From assembly GCA_963701665.1 (NCBI GenBank), contig OY969622.1, forward strand, positions 416,001 to 480,000: a stretch of DNA of 64,000 nucleotides. The letters are read 5' to 3'. This DNA comes from Candidatus Babeliales bacterium. GTDB lineage: Bacteria > Babelota > Babeliae > Babelales > JANWKD01. The position numbers and the translations under genes were made by a program. Positions within the stretch are counted from its first letter, which is position 1; each line of letters begins with the position of its first letter. Positions 62,042 to 64,000 of the stretch are shown in pieces. The notes under the pieces are model-generated. The model made no database searches and was not told where the DNA came from. It saw only the letters and a list, made by a program, of their open reading frames with translations.

Positions 62042-64000
62042 TTATAAAATACTTTGAATTTCTGACGTAAAATCTTCTTGGCCACCCATGCGTTTATAGT
62101 TCTCAATCAATTCAAGAGCTTGTGGAGCATCATTATTGATGATGTTCTTTCTAATATCTTGTTCCATAGTGCTTAATTCTTCTGGTGTTGCTTTAACCTG
62201 GGCAACGTTCTGATTTTCAAGTAAAGAAATAATTGTATTGACACGTTCATCAGAAAGACGTGAACTATTGTTTGCTGAATCCATAACGATATAATCATGC
62301 TTGTTATCATGTTTATACAGTATTAATGCAAACCAATGGCCATGAGATGCTCCCGCGCGTCCTGCGGTGCATATAATGAAGATATGATAATAATCTGCTA
62401 TTGTTTCATCATTAAGCGCATCGCGTGCTTCTTTAAGGGGATCTCCCATATCTCGCATAATTTCTGCATAAGTTGCTGGATCTATATTGCCTCCGTGGGT
62501 GTTGGTAAGATCATTGATGTCTTCAATGATAGTAAAGCCATGATTAAGGTTATGAACTAATCCTGCTCGTTTTTCTTGATGAAGATCAGGTGATTTTGCT
62601 TGTTCAAAGGTATGAAGCATTGCAATTTCTTCAACTTGTAACCAGTCTCCATCGCTATTGAGTGGACTTTGATTATTATCGTTATAATATTTGAATACAC
62701 CCGGTGATGCATCGAGATTGAGTTCAAATTCTTTTATAGAGCCAATATCAAAATATTTTCCAAGAGTATCATTTCCAGTTAGGTAATCAGCCAGTAATTT
62801 GAATAGATGCATAAGATCTTCGCATATATAATCTGGCTTGCCTTCAAAATTTTCTAGTGGGCCCTCAAAAAAATCATCAGGATTTGTAATGAACCCTTCT
62901 TTGTTTACTTCATTGCGTATAAATTCAATGACATTTTCAGGAATTATAATTACGTTGGTAACTTCGCCTTGTGTTAAGGCTCGTGCTGCTTGTAAAGCAA
63001 AGTTATCAATAAGAGTTCCATAACGCGCATGAATTTTACTTTTTTTAAACGTATAGACCTTGCCTTCGATCTGTATTGTTGTTGATTCATTGATAGCATT
63101 AAGTTCTTTTAATCCAAGATTATGATAAATATAATTTTTGAACGCTCGTTCTGCACGCAATTGCATGATGATTGCGCGCCAAGTACCAACATCATCTTTT
63201 TCCAGTGGGCCGAATAATGTTTTTATTTTTGAGAAATTATTGAGAGTTTCTTGTAGCGTTGCATCATCATGAATAGCATGAAGCGCGCGTATAATAACAA
63301 ATAAACTATTTTTTAATGCATGATAACCGCAACTTGCATAGCTGCCACCATTATAAGCAAACTGATTTGCAACATAGAACTGCATAAGATTACTATGTTC
63401 ATTGAGGGTAACTTCTCTGCCTGCGAGTGATTCTCCTTTGTATTCTATCATTGGTGTGCTGAATAAGGCAGTAAAAAAAGATTTCTTTTTGACTTGTGTT
63501 TTAGCTTCTCCTGATGTGTTTTCCATCGCGATAGGTGTATTTGATACTGTTTTCTTGGGCCAGAATTTTTCGAAAAAAAGCTCGAGAAGAGAAATTTTTG
63601 GGTCATTTTCTGCTATCGCCACTATCGATTCAGGAACATCGGCCTCTTTACGGTCCAAAACCTCTGTTTCAGATATTTCTATTTGGCGTGTTTTAACATA
63701 CGCGTAATCAAGTATCTTATAAATGAGCCCTTTTGATGAAGTTTTACGTGGAGGTTTGTTTTTAATTTTTGAGATAGTTGTGGAGGTTTTCTTTAGCCGG
63801 ACTTCTTCAAGAACTTGTTTTAAACCTGATGATATTTTTGGATCGTTTTCCGCCAAAGGCAACATTGACTCGTCTATTTCTTTCTTGGTAAATATACGAT
63901 CTAGTTTTGATTCTTCGGAGTTTTTTTGTTTAGGAAGTATTTCTTCTTGCTGACGTGATTTGGCATATGAATAGTGAGCCAACTTAGTAGCCAGACGAGA
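62042..64000 (-). CDS. large protein with papain/Josephin-like Cys-His-Asp domain (5' end beyond window)
   Basis: frame open to window edge; NQ..SCGYHALKN, GHWFAL, VMDS. Confidence 0.7.
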   Translation of the reverse strand, partial: SRLATKLAHYSYAKSRQQEEILPKQKNSEESKLDRIFTKKEIDESMLPLAENDPKISSGLKQVLEEVRLKKTSTTISKIKNKPPRKTSSKGLIYKILDYAYVKTRQIEISETEVLDRKEADVPESIVAIAENDPKISLLELFFEKFWPKKTVSNTPIAMENTSGEAKTQVKKKSFFTALFSTPMIEYKGESLAGREVTLNEHSNLMQFYVANQFAYNGGSYASCGYHALKNSLFVIIRALHAIHDDATLQETLNNFSKIKTLFGPLEKDDVGTWRAIIMQLRAERAFKNYIYHNLGLKELNAINESTTIQIEGKVYTFKKSKIHARYGTLIDNFALQAARALTQGEVTNVIIIPENVIEFIRNEVNKEGFITNPDDFFEGPLENFEGKPDYICEDLMHLFKLLADYLTGNDTLGKYFDIGSIKEFELNLDASPGVFKYYNDNNQSPLNSDGDWLQVEEIAMLHTFEQAKSPDLHQEKRAGLVHNLNHGFTIIEDINDLTNTHGGNIDPATYAEIMRDMGDPLKEARDALNDETIADYYHIFIICTAGRAGASHGHWFALILYKHDNKHDYIVMDSANNSSRLSDERVNTIISLLENQNVAQVKATPEELSTMEQDIRKNIINNDAPQALELIENYKRMGGQEDFTSEIQSIL

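Overview
AT-rich bacterial chromosome segment. The many signal-peptide-bearing ankyrin, C2H2-zinc-finger and coiled-coil proteins suggest a protist endosymbiont or parasite, most likely Ca. Dependentiae/Babelota (TM6); this is inference. The first 37 kb mixes housekeeping genes (degenerate cdaA-cdaR-glmM, dps, pcrA, hflX, ffh-rpsP-khpA-trmD-rplS, murC, yidC-recR, pepP, rplM, rseP) with clusters of putative secreted effectors, an AbrB/Doc toxin-antitoxin pair and a family of REP-like palindromic doublets. The region 37.6-57 kb is the str-S10-spc-alpha ribosomal cluster, where many indels are probably sequencing errors. The window ends with sbcC, tRNA-His, tRNA-Pro and a truncated papain/Josephin-like protease gene. 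The standout is a complete IS110 element (22961-24159) inserted at a CT core inside one REP-like repeat. Its left end carries a readable bridge RNA whose target loop matches the host repeat and whose donor loop matches the circle junction, and that junction also rebuilds a TTGACT-N17-TATGTT promoter. A second unexplained structure is a ~490-bp composite palindrome (13088-13580) with covarying hairpins.
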